DNA from: Nitrospirales bacterium
Lineage (GTDB): Bacteria; Nitrospirota; Nitrospiria; Nitrospirales; UBA8639
Direction of reading: 5' to 3'
DNA length: 64,000 nt
NCBI GenBank assembly: GCA_963555755.3
Contig: OY820905.2
Coordinates: 1,088,001 to 1,152,000, forward strand
The position numbers and the translations under genes were made by a program. This document shows positions 1 to 8,997 of this stretch, in pieces; positions within the stretch are counted from its first letter, which is position 1, and every line of letters starts with the position of its first letter. The notes below the pieces were generated by a model. The model saw nothing but the letters and a program-made list of their open reading frames with translations, did not search any database and was not told the origin of the DNA.

Positions 1-351
1 GCCACCATGGCTATAGCCGGGGACCATCACCACCTGTTCCTCGCCGGAACAGCAAGTATCGTAGGCCATGCCACACAACACTCAGGCAACCCGACCAAAC
101 AAACACAGGAAACTCTTCGTAACATCGATGCTGTCGTTCGTCATACCCAAGAAATATTCCCAGTTTCATGTAGTTTGGCAGCAAGGCAATCCCTAGCAAA
201 AGTGTATATCAGAAATCGTGAGCACTTTTGCGAGATTGAGGAAATGGTCACCAACCATCTTGGGAATTCTCTGGAAGTTCTTTATCTGCAAGGGGATATT
301 TGTCGGAACGATCTTCTCGTAGAAATTGAAGCCGTTTTCCAGTCTTCGTGA
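1..351 (+). CDS. C-terminal part of a RidA/YjgF-fold chorismatase-like protein (FkbO/Hyg5/XanB2-type); probably starts before the window
   Basis: LFLAGTASIVGH...QTQETLRNI...KVYIR...GDICRNDLLVEIE motifs. Confidence 0.7.
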   Translation, partial: ATMAIAGDHHHLFLAGTASIVGHATQHSGNPTKQTQETLRNIDAVVRHTQEIFPVSCSLAARQSLAKVYIRNREHFCEIEEMVTNHLGNSLEVLYLQGDICRNDLLVEIEAVFQSS

Positions 352-389
352 AATTTCTCCTTTATTGGACCCCATCACCCAATGGGTGC

Positions 390-2293
390 CAGGGCTATTT
401 CATATTAAAGTGTAACTTTATAGATAATAAGGAATAATCGATTTAGGCTGGCTTTTTCTTTTCGTTTACGGCATACTCTTTTGCATGCCAGACGAATCGC
501 CAAGCGGACAGCCGGACATTGATCTGAGGCAAGTCGTGGTTCGCCCAATTGTCCGAGACGAAAAGGACGCCTTCAAGACCCTTCTCGACAGACACCACTA
601 CCTCGGTCATGCCCCGCTGATTGGCCAATCGATACAATATCTCGCCTGTGTGCAGGATCGCTGGCTGGCCTTGCTGGTGTTTGCGGCGGCGGCCCTCAAA
701 TCGAGACCGCGAGACCACTGGATCGGCTGGCCCCCCTGTTTTCAATGGCAACGACTCCATTTACTGGCCAACAACACCCGGTTTCTCATGCTGCCGGGCT
801 GTTCGCAAAAGAACCTCGCCTCGAAAGTCCTGTCGCTCTGCGCGAAACGGATCTCGGCCGATTGGCAACTGTACCACGGCTACCCCTTGCTCCTCTTAGA
901 GACCTTCGTCGATCCTGCCCGCTTCACCGGGACCTGCTATCGGGCCGCCGGGTGGCACGAGCTCGGTCTGACACGAGGGTTTCGCAAGTCGAACACGTGT
1001 TATGTTCAGCATGAGAGACCGAAGCGCATCCTAGTCGTGCGGCTGCATCCCCAAGCCCGAGAGATCCTTGCACGCCCGATGCTTGATCAGCCCTATCAGA
1101 AAGGAGAAGCGCCTCAGATGAGATTGAATACAAAACAGACGGACTCCCTCTTTACGTATGTGGTGCAGCTGACCGATCCCCGCCATTTGCAAGGGCAACG
1201 GCACACCCGACGCGCCCTCACGGCGATCATGTTCTGTGCCACCTTGTGCGGCGCGCGCGGCTATGAAGCGATCTCGGACTGGGCCCAGCAGTTATCGCAG
1301 CCGATGCGCAAGCGGCTAGGCTGTACTCAGCGAGGGGGGCGCTACCTCGTCCCGAGCCGCAGCACTCTTTACCGCTTTATCACGGCCGTCGACCCCTGTG
1401 AAGTCGATACCCTGCTCGGCCGGTGGCTGGACACCTTCGGCGGGGAGGATCAGGGCATTGCCATTGATGGGAAGACCATGCGGGGGACGTCGAAGGTCCC
1501 AAGCGAACAGACCCACGTCCTCAGCGCCGTCACCCATCAAGCCGGGCGCCACCTCACCCAAAAAAAGTTCACTCCAAGACCAATGAGATCCCCTGCGTGC
1601 GGCCCCTGTTAGATGCGCTCGAGATCGCAGGGAAGGTGATCACGGCGGATGCGCTCCTCACCCAGAAAGAGATTGCCGAGTACCTGGTGCACGAACGCGG
1701 CGCCGACTTCGTCTTCACCGTCAAGGGAAACCAGCCCACCTTGAAGCACGACATTGAGGCCTTAGCGTTGCGAGCACGCCGGTGCGATTATGCCACCACC
1801 GAGAAAGGCCATGGGCAGATCACGACCCGCAGGATCTGGTGCGATGACTCCCTGAATGCCTATGTCAACTTTCCTCATGTCCAGCAAGTCTTCTGCATTG
1901 AGAGGGAAGTGACGCATCTCAAGCAGGGCCTCACGACCGTCGAAGCGGTCTGCGGTGTCACGAGTCAGTCCAAAGACAAGGCGGGGCCGAAGACCATCCT
2001 CTCGCAAAACCGAAAGCATTGGAGTGTGGAGAATAAGCAGCATTATGTGTTGGACGTCACCTTTGATGAAGACAGGAGTCAGATACGAAGTCTCAATGGC
2101 CCAATGGTCATGACCTGTCTGAGACGCTATGCCATCAGTCTCTTACGCCTGAAAGGCTACACCAATATCGCGCAGGCGTGTAGACTGCTCTGGGGCAAGC
2201 CCCATTTAGCCATCCGCATGGCCCTGCCCTGAAAAAGAGGGCACAAAAAACCTCATGGAATCCCTTGCTTATAAAAAGAATGAAATGGCCCTG
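390..2293 (+). mobile_element. ISAs1-family IS, copy 1 (1904 bp)
   Basis: TIR CAGGGCTATTTCAT / ATGAAATGGCCCTG; near-identical to 32295-34198 and 34209-36112; no target duplication visible. Confidence 0.92.
485..2232 (+). CDS. DUF4338(DruA-like)-ISAs1 transposase fusion, split by a probable -1 frameshift at A AAA AAG (1561-1567, in an A7G run)
   Basis: N-terminal HHYLG/RDHWIGW/NNTRFL/LETFVD..FTGTCYRAAGW; middle DPRH..GQRH and IAIDGKTMRG; -1 frame continues KTNEIP..LL..L...GKVITADAL..TVKGNQP..EKGHG..HWSVEN..HYVLDVTFDED. Confidence 0.88.
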
Positions 2294-2367
2294 CAAGACG
2301 ATGGGAACAGTGGAAAAGACCACAAGACACGGGAAGCTGCACCCTGCAAGAAGGCTATGGATGCTTA

Positions 2368-2437
2368 GGGCTCGCGCTAGAATACCTTCCCCTGTTTGAG
2401 CGTCGATCCATCCTGTCTGGCGGCGTTGCGCGAACCC
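2368..2437. mobile_element. internally deleted MITE family C copy
   Basis: GGGCTCGCGC...GCGCGAACCC ends, TTA on both sides. Confidence 0.75.
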
Positions 2438-2639
2438 TTACAATTCGGAAAAAGAGCCAGCCCTAATAAGAAAAGGGGAAACCATCACAACCATCAAAAA
2501 TTCTTGTGAACTATCTTACTGAACTCAGAGGAAAATTGAGATACACTGGACTGTAACGACCTAATGAAATTTGTCACAATGTGTACCAGGCAGGGACACA
2601 GACAAGATTCAAAACCATGAATCGCCGAATGGGTTAAAG

Positions 2640-3740
2640 ATGTTGTATCCTCACCCGCTAAAAACATCCTTCGGGGCAATTGCGCTCGTCCTTTTCCTCT
2701 GCTCGGAGAGCCTCATCAGCATAGCATGGGGTCAAGAAATCTTCACACCCCGACGACCCATTGCTTCATTGGTCAAAGCCCACACGATTTATCTTCAGAC
2801 CGAAGTTGTCAAAGGAGGGATTCAGATTGACCCTCAACCGGTTACCGATGTGATCACGCAACGATTCCAGAAAGTGGGCTATACGATCGTGACCAACTTC
2901 AACTCCCCGCATGACGTGACCGTATCTTTTCAATGTGAGGAACCTATACGCATCCAACCACCAACCAATTCCACAGAGAAATACGCTCTCCAAATCTCAG
3001 GTCCCCCCTGCCTCTTTCACTATGCCGTCCAGGAAAAACCTGTAGACTGGCAACGTATTGATATCATTATCTATAACGAAGGAGTCCAAGCAGCCGAATC
3101 CCTCAATCGCATGACCACCGGCTTCCCATCCATGGCCCACGCAGCTCCACTCTCCAGCCAGTATCTTGAAGTGTTGGATTTTCCAACCCTTTTGTCCGCT
3201 GAATGGGGACAAGTGCCACGCCTCGTGGTTTTATTAGAAAACTCCCAGACATCACTTCAAAGACGGAAAAAAATCATTGCACTTCTCGGGGAGATTCAGG
3301 CCGAACAGGCCCTCCCTTGCTTGTTGGATTTACTCAGCAACTCGACCCTTCAAATTGATGCGGCTTGGGCATTGGGGAACTTTGGGGCTCAGGCTCAGGA
3401 ACCGCTCATCACACTCCTTCAAACCCACCCCGATGAAAAAATGCAAGCCGCAGCTGCACAAAGTTTGGGACGTATTGGCGCTGCCACCGGAGACACGAGT
3501 CTGACTCCTCTGTACATAGAACTCTTGAAAAAGCCAGGCCTGGACATTCAAGTAAAAACAGAGATCGTCTGGGCCATCGGCAAATCCCCAGACTTCCGAG
3601 CGCACGCGGCACTTGAAGCACTGGAAAGCCAAATCTGGCAAATTCGATCAAATGAGCCGGAATTGCAGAAACTACGGGAGGCTGTGGATTGGAGTATTCG
3701 AGAAGTGCGACAGGGAGGACATACGGGAGCGTACTATTAA
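2640..3740 (+). CDS. exported HEAT-repeat protein (paralog of 60918 and 62168)
   Basis: signal-peptide-like N-terminus; shared F.CEE, GP.CLF.Y and DFP....EWG motifs; HEAT-like AAWALG / AAAQSLG / IVWAIG repeats. Confidence 0.8.
   Translation: MLYPHPLKTSFGAIALVLFLCSESLISIAWGQEIFTPRRPIASLVKAHTIYLQTEVVKGGIQIDPQPVTDVITQRFQKVGYTIVTNFNSPHDVTVSFQCEEPIRIQPPTNSTEKYALQISGPPCLFHYAVQEKPVDWQRIDIIIYNEGVQAAESLNRMTTGFPSMAHAAPLSSQYLEVLDFPTLLSAEWGQVPRLVVLLENSQTSLQRRKKIIALLGEIQAEQALPCLLDLLSNSTLQIDAAWALGNFGAQAQEPLITLLQTHPDEKMQAAAAQSLGRIGAATGDTSLTPLYIELLKKPGLDIQVKTEIVWAIGKSPDFRAHAALEALESQIWQIRSNEPELQKLREAVDWSIREVRQGGHTGAYY
3642..3706 (+). repeat. 65-bp perfect direct repeat, copy 1 (att-like, inside HEAT gene 3' end)
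   Basis: ATTCGATCAAATGAGCCGG...ATTCGAGAAGT identical to 17828-17892. Confidence 0.95.
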
Positions 3741-3759
3741 CTTACCTATCTCTCCTCAC

Positions 3760-4098
3760 TCAATCATGAAACTGCCCTTTCACCAGATGACGTAATTCAT
3801 GCCCGCAGGTTCGAAGCGCTTGGGGAGACTCATTATTCGGGCACCAGATTTCATTTCGAACGGGATTCACCTTTGAGGGCCCCAGGTAGCCTCGTGCGCG
3901 AGCTGCCAAATTAATTGATTCTTCATCAGCGTAAATGATGGTGGTCCTAATTTGATGACGTTCCATTGGACCAGAAGTGGAGGAACACACCATTAGGAAA
4001 CTGAAATAAACCCCGATAGCTAAAAAGATCACAGACTTTCCAAAAATGGACAACATTGGCTCCATTCCTCTAATTGGACAGCAGTGAAGGCATTCCAA
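3760..4098 (-). CDS. small hypothetical exported/lipoprotein-like protein
   Basis: hydrophobic stretch ending LMVC; C-terminal GHELRH resembles HExxH; start uncertain. Confidence 0.4.
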   Translation of the reverse strand: MECLHCCPIRGMEPMLSIFGKSVIFLAIGVYFSFLMVCSSTSGPMERHQIRTTIIYADEESINLAARARGYLGPSKVNPVRNEIWCPNNESPQALRTCGHELRHLVKGQFHD

Positions 4099-4206
4099 TG
4101 GTCAGAAGAACAAACGGTTTCTTAATGAGGAACGCGAAACGAGGCTGGAGGGGGATATACCTGAGGAATGAGGGATTTGCGTTGGCCGTCAGTCAACAGA
4201 AATAAT

Positions 4207-4370
4207 CCTAGAAACGGCAGTTGGGCGCAAAAAAGCCGTGTAAGCTATTGGTGTGCATGGTGAAATAAAAAAAGTCGTAGTCACCTTCGTGGTGATGAGA
4301 CATTTTTTTATTTTGCCAGGTGCGCCAATAATCTTACACGTCTTTTTTGCGCCCAACTGCTGTTTCTAGG
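4207..4370. mobile_element. MITE family A (CCTAGAAAC(A/G)GCAGTTGG TIR), chimeric copy
   Basis: TIRs present; both subterminal regions are of the same type; flanks do not match. Confidence 0.85.
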
Positions 4371-4372
4371 TT

Positions 4373-5188
4373 CAACTGGTGTGAGGAGCATGCGGTGACG
4401 TTTGCGATTGGGGGCGTGCAGGATACAGCCGTGCAGGCCGCCATTGCGGCGAGCCCTGACACTCAGGGGCAACCCTATCGGGATGGGCACCTCGCTGAAA
4501 CCGTGCATGGTATGGCCAAGACCACGCACGCCTTTCGGCTCATCGTGCTGCGCCGACCCGTGCAACAGGATCTGTTTGCCCCCGAGGCCCCCAGCCTGCG
4601 CTACACGCTGATTGCGACGAACCGAGACGGAACCCTCGAGGAGATTGTGCGGTGGTACACCCAGCGGGGCGAGACCAGCGAGAATCGCATCAACGAACTG
4701 AAGATTGGCTTTGGCAGGGAACGACTGCCGTGTGGGCCCTTTGCGGCCCATGCCGTCTTCTTTCGCATTGGCGTGTTAGCCTACAACCTGTTTGTGGTGG
4801 TCAAGTTGTTGGCGGTGCCCCATGCCTGGAGCCGGTGCCCAGTGCGTACGGGGCGGTGGCGGCTCTATCAGGTGGCGGGCAAAGTGCGCCGGCATGCCGG
4901 CGCAGTCATTCGCAAAGTGCCGCATTGGTTATGGGGCTTGTGTGAAGAGATTCGCACGCGCTGTGCGGAAGCCGCCCAGGCATAAGCCGGGGCAGGAAGC
5001 AGACGCGAGAGGCAGTATGAAAGGAGCAGTGTGCCCAGAAGGAGCCGGTTGAACCCATTGCGGCAAGGAACCCCTTGGATGCGGCCTCGGATCCAGCAAG
5101 AACATTGCTCATGCGACTTCTCTAGTGGATAACAAAGGTGGTTTCCGCCACAGAAGTCTTGTTAACAAAATCCATCGCGGATTTTGGG
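4373..5188 (+). pseudogene. IS1380-family transposase 3' remnant with right end
   Basis: YTQRGETSENRINELKIGFG..LPCG.F.A.A.FF.IGVLAYNL motif; 5' part missing; ends in GCGGATTTTGGG. Confidence 0.75.
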
Positions 5189-5415
5189 TATCGCGTTCCT
5201 CTCGCTCTCCGGCCTCAGTTTTGGTACTCTCACTCATCGTGGCGTCTCTCCTTTGTGGTTGAAGGTGGATGTTGGCGAACAACCATTTCAACCCGAGACG
5301 CCGCGTTTTTTCAATCCACCTCAGACACGACTTTCAAGTATCGCTCCGCATGGCGACCATGGCGGAGGTGTCCAATGTCGTATTCATTTGCCATAACAAA
5401 AGAAAGGAATCACGC

Positions 5416-6669
5416 ATGACCACGACCATGACAAGGTTACCGATCTCTCCTTCGAACGATGTGTGGAAACGATACACGATCCTCATCGTAGATGATGAGT
5501 CCTTCGTCCTGGATGAGCTTTATAGGGTCTTGACACACGAAGGTTTTTCCGTCGCCAAAGCAAGAAGTGGTGAGGAGGGCTTACAGCTCTTGAGCGAGGT
5601 GTCGCCTCAGTTGGTCATTGCGGATCAAAAAATGCCTGCCGGCATGAGTGGGACAGAGTTTTTGGCACAGGTCAAAGCCCGCCACCCTGATATGATGACA
5701 ATGATTCTCTCGGCCTATTCTGAGCCGGACTATCTCCTGGATGCCGTGAATGAAGCGGGTGTCTATCAGTATGTCTTGAAACCCTGGGATGAAACGGATC
5801 TTGTCGCTCGTGTCTCCCAGGCCCTGCAGTTTTCTCATGCGCAAGTGGAGCGCCGCCGTTTAGCTGAGGCCAATGCACGATTGCTGAAAAATATGACGCA
5901 GCGGGAATATTTCTCTCTGATGGGAGAATTCAGCGCGGCCATGTATGACCGGTTCTTTCCTGTGCTCGAAGCCAGCCTGCACGCGGAAAGGCATAAACTC
6001 AACCAGTTTACCAAGCGTTCATTCCTGTCCGCCAGTGAGGAAGGCTTTTCCCATTTGGGCATCGTGATCAGTCGGTTTGGTCAGGTGGGCAACATGTATC
6101 AGCAGCCCTCTCACTTCCGACGACTTCCCATAGAGCCGCTGGTTCACGGTTGTGTGAAGGAGGCCCAAGATGCCGTGAAACCATTAGGCCTCTCTGTTGA
6201 GTGGAAGGAGGACTATGCCCCCAATCTCCCTCATTTACTCATTCAGCCGACCGTCTTGTCGTACGCAATCAAAGCTCTCCTTGAAAATGCAGTGATTTTT
6301 AATGTGAGGAAGACGATTGATTCTCCTCGGCTTGTGTCGGTCACCGTGTCTTTCATGGCTGAGCCCGAGCCCCTCGTGCGTATTCAGGTGCAGGACAACG
6401 GGCCAGGGGTGGATCCTTTTGAACAGGACAAAATCTTTTTTCCCCTCTATTCCACGTGTCTTCCGAAAACAGCTCCCAGGATACAGCCCTATTCGCTGAG
6501 TGAATACAATTTGGGGATCTACCACCATATGGGCTTAGGGCTCTTCATTGCACGATGGGGCCTGATCCAACACCATGGCAACGTGGAATTGACCAGCTCC
6601 AGTGAATCGGGATCGGTTTTCCAGGCGGAAATTCCGATCGACCCGTCTGATCTGGCCGTCAAAATGTAG
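5416..6669 (+). CDS. REC + degenerate DHp + HATPase hybrid histidine-kinase-like protein lacking the H-box His
   Basis: ILIVDDE..ADQKMP..YVLKPW receiver; N/G1/F/G2 boxes (LLENAV, DNGPGV, IFFPLYST, GLGL); H-box position reads MGEFSAAMYDRFFP; AAAGGA RBS before ATG 5416. Confidence 0.85.
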   Translation: MTTTMTRLPISPSNDVWKRYTILIVDDESFVLDELYRVLTHEGFSVAKARSGEEGLQLLSEVSPQLVIADQKMPAGMSGTEFLAQVKARHPDMMTMILSAYSEPDYLLDAVNEAGVYQYVLKPWDETDLVARVSQALQFSHAQVERRRLAEANARLLKNMTQREYFSLMGEFSAAMYDRFFPVLEASLHAERHKLNQFTKRSFLSASEEGFSHLGIVISRFGQVGNMYQQPSHFRRLPIEPLVHGCVKEAQDAVKPLGLSVEWKEDYAPNLPHLLIQPTVLSYAIKALLENAVIFNVRKTIDSPRLVSVTVSFMAEPEPLVRIQVQDNGPGVDPFEQDKIFFPLYSTCLPKTAPRIQPYSLSEYNLGIYHHMGLGLFIARWGLIQHHGNVELTSSSESGSVFQAEIPIDPSDLAVKM

Positions 6670-6689
6670 ATATCGCCTGCTGGGTAAGG

Positions 6690-6850
6690 CTTTTTCAGTC
6701 ATTCGTAAATGAAGGTCAACCCGGAAGAGTACCGTGTTCTCAAAACACCTGCTCAATCGAACTGCGGTATCGACTGAAATCCCCCGCCGTCCCTTAATCT
6801 TGCCCGTGATCCTATTGGGCGGGATTCCTATCGTGTGTGCTGAAGAAGTC
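6690..6850 (-). pseudogene. HigA/VapI antitoxin (HTH) remnant
   Basis: AHTIGIPPNRIT..IKGRRGISVDTAVRLSRCF resembles the HigA core; truncated; boundaries approximate. Confidence 0.6.
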
Positions 6851-6972
6851 GCTGTCGGTCCGAGAGGTTTGGTGGTCATTTTTGACTACAACAACTCGCT
6901 GTAGACGATGAGTAACGTTTCAAGGACAGTCACGAGAGTCTTCTGCTCTTCCCTGTGTATGAAGGTCTCGGC

Positions 6973-7725
6973 CTATAGCAAGGGGATAAATTTTTCTAAG
7001 GCGATTCTCAGCTTCTCAAGCTTTAATGGTTTCGTGATGAGATCATTCATGCCCGCTTGCAAACAGGTTCCTCGTTCATCTTCCGCAATACTAGCGGTTA
7101 AGGCGATAATGGGAATTTTCCCGGCGCCGGCTTCCATCTGTCGAATAATTGATGCCGCTTGATAACCATCGAGTTCCGGCAGACGGCAATCCATGAAAAT
7201 GAGGTCATAGGACGTCGCTTGCCATCGATCGATGGCCGCTTGCCCATTGTCCGCAATATCCACGTGGCAGCCTAATAGTTCCAGCATGTCCACGGCCACT
7301 TGTTGATGGATCCGCTCGTTCTCAGCAAGGAGCACGCGAATCATCCGGTCTGGTTGCTGTGGTTGATGAAGGTTGGGCCAACCCTCCTTTGAAAGGGAGG
7401 GCGTCGGCTTTTTGAGGGCGACAGACTGTGAGTGATCCGTCAGTTGTGCTAAAAAGGTATTGATAATCGCCTGCATCTTATCGAGGTATTCCTCCATCAT
7501 GTTGGGCATTTCAGTGAACAGCTGTTGGGCGCGCGGTGGGATCTCTTGTACGGCATGGCCTTGTTTTATAGCCTGTTGATAACCTTCCAGTACCATGGGT
7601 AAATACTGCTTGAGGTTCCTCGCGCAGATGTTCATATAGAGTAAGGGAGAACAGATATCATGCACGAAGGTCGCCCGTATTTCCTTAATGGTTTTGTCGG
7701 ACATCTTGTCTTCCATCGCATCCAT
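6973..7725 (-). CDS. HisKA/DHp-like + receiver domain protein without ATPase domain
   Basis: ATFVHDICSPLLYM H-box; C-terminal VLLAENE..LIFMDCRLPELDG..IIALTA..ITKP receiver. Confidence 0.82.
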   Translation of the reverse strand: MDAMEDKMSDKTIKEIRATFVHDICSPLLYMNICARNLKQYLPMVLEGYQQAIKQGHAVQEIPPRAQQLFTEMPNMMEEYLDKMQAIINTFLAQLTDHSQSVALKKPTPSLSKEGWPNLHQPQQPDRMIRVLLAENERIHQQVAVDMLELLGCHVDIADNGQAAIDRWQATSYDLIFMDCRLPELDGYQAASIIRQMEAGAGKIPIIALTASIAEDERGTCLQAGMNDLITKPLKLEKLRIALEKFIPLL

Positions 7726-8285
7726 CTCCCCTGGTTTTAGCGTCCCGGTGCCTGGTCAAAAAAAGAATCAAGACGGTAATGGCGATGAAAGTTATAACAA
7801 GCTGAAATATCTACCGTCAAAAATAAACTCAGCCGATACTTACAAAATGTCCGTCATGACGTATGGTTGAGGGTGTTGATCGACCTGTGGACGGGATTGT
7901 TCCAGTGGGGTTGGCCTCCCAGAACCCTGGGGACTGGCTGGGAAAGAAATAGGAATGATAAAAGGCTTCTTTGCCCGGGCGGAAAAGTCCTAAAGACGTC
8001 ACCGGAGGATCAATTTCCGGACTCCGGTCCGCCGGGCGAGATTTCACCCTGTGAGGAGGGGCTGACCGGCCCTTGGAGCTAGGATGTTGTTATCAGGATG
8101 GCGATACGATGTGGCGGATGGAATGGGGCACGGAGAGCCTGTGAAAGAATTCTCTTTGCAGAAGGACCTGGTTTTTACGGACCAGTTGCAATTTTGGTGG
8201 AATTGGGACCTATTCCATGGCCCACCGCAGGTCATGGGGACCGTGTTGAGGGGTGAACAGCCTGCTCAGGCGTGGCAGGAATGGC

Positions 8286-8464
8286 GAGATTTCTCCCAAG
8301 GGTCGAAATGACAAGAGGCGGAAGTGGTAAGGAGCAAGTCTGGTTGGATGAACAACTAGAAGGCTTCTTTCTGTCATTTCGAGTGCAAGGAGAAATCGCT
8401 TGGCCCGAAAGAACGTGACCCGGGCGGGAATGGGGGAGAGTTCTCCCAAGGGTCAAAATGACAA
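8286..8464. repeat. REP-like cluster: two direct 29-bp copies with an inverted partial copy between
   Basis: GAGA(T/G)TTCTCCCAAGGGTC(G/A)AAATGACAA at 8286 and 8436; TGTCATTTCGA..GGAGAAATC at 8372-8397. Confidence 0.6.
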
Positions 8465-8997
8465 TGGACGAGGGGTGATACGGGCGGAGTGTCATAGGGT
8501 TTCGCCTTACTCCACCAAAATTGGGATTGATCCGTTTTTACCATGGGTTGTTATCAAGGCCCATGCCCGTGTGGTTTGTCCTTCCAATTGTGAGTGTTTT
8601 TTCCCAGCCACGTCTGAAACCCTGGAAGGCCGTCCATGATCCCGAGCCCTTACCGGCACGCTCTGGTAAACGGCCCGAGGCTAACGGAATACCATCGGCT
8701 TCGTTCCGGTTCACTCTCTGACCCCCCTCTCCCCTTAGGCCTCAGCAACCGAAAACGTCTCATTTCATTTTAAGGTAGATAACCGTAGATACATGAAAAG
8801 TTTAACCTTCTGTCAGGACATTAGGTAAATGGCTTTAAGAACACCCATTTGGATATAGGGAAGCCTCGGTTATTTTAGGTAAGGTCCATACACTTTGTGG
8901 ATCGCGGTTTTTATTCATCCCAGCATCTCATTTTCTCATTTTCCATGAAAGTCGCAAAACGTGTGTTATCGTCAACCTCGAACGAAAGGGACAGACC

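Noticed and set aside
485..1120. Druantia anti-phage system
   Set aside because: Only the DruA-like domain is present, inside an IS; no DruE-type helicase or other partners in the window
4207..5188. The IS1380 remnant as the parent of MITE A
   Set aside because: The 5-bp TSD and CC ends fit IS1380, but the remnant's right end does not match the A TIR; link unproven
7867..8311. Trp-rich small ORFs as RiPP precursors for the carbamoyl/methyltransferase
   Set aside because: No clear RBS or leader motif and they overlap REP-like repeats; unsupported
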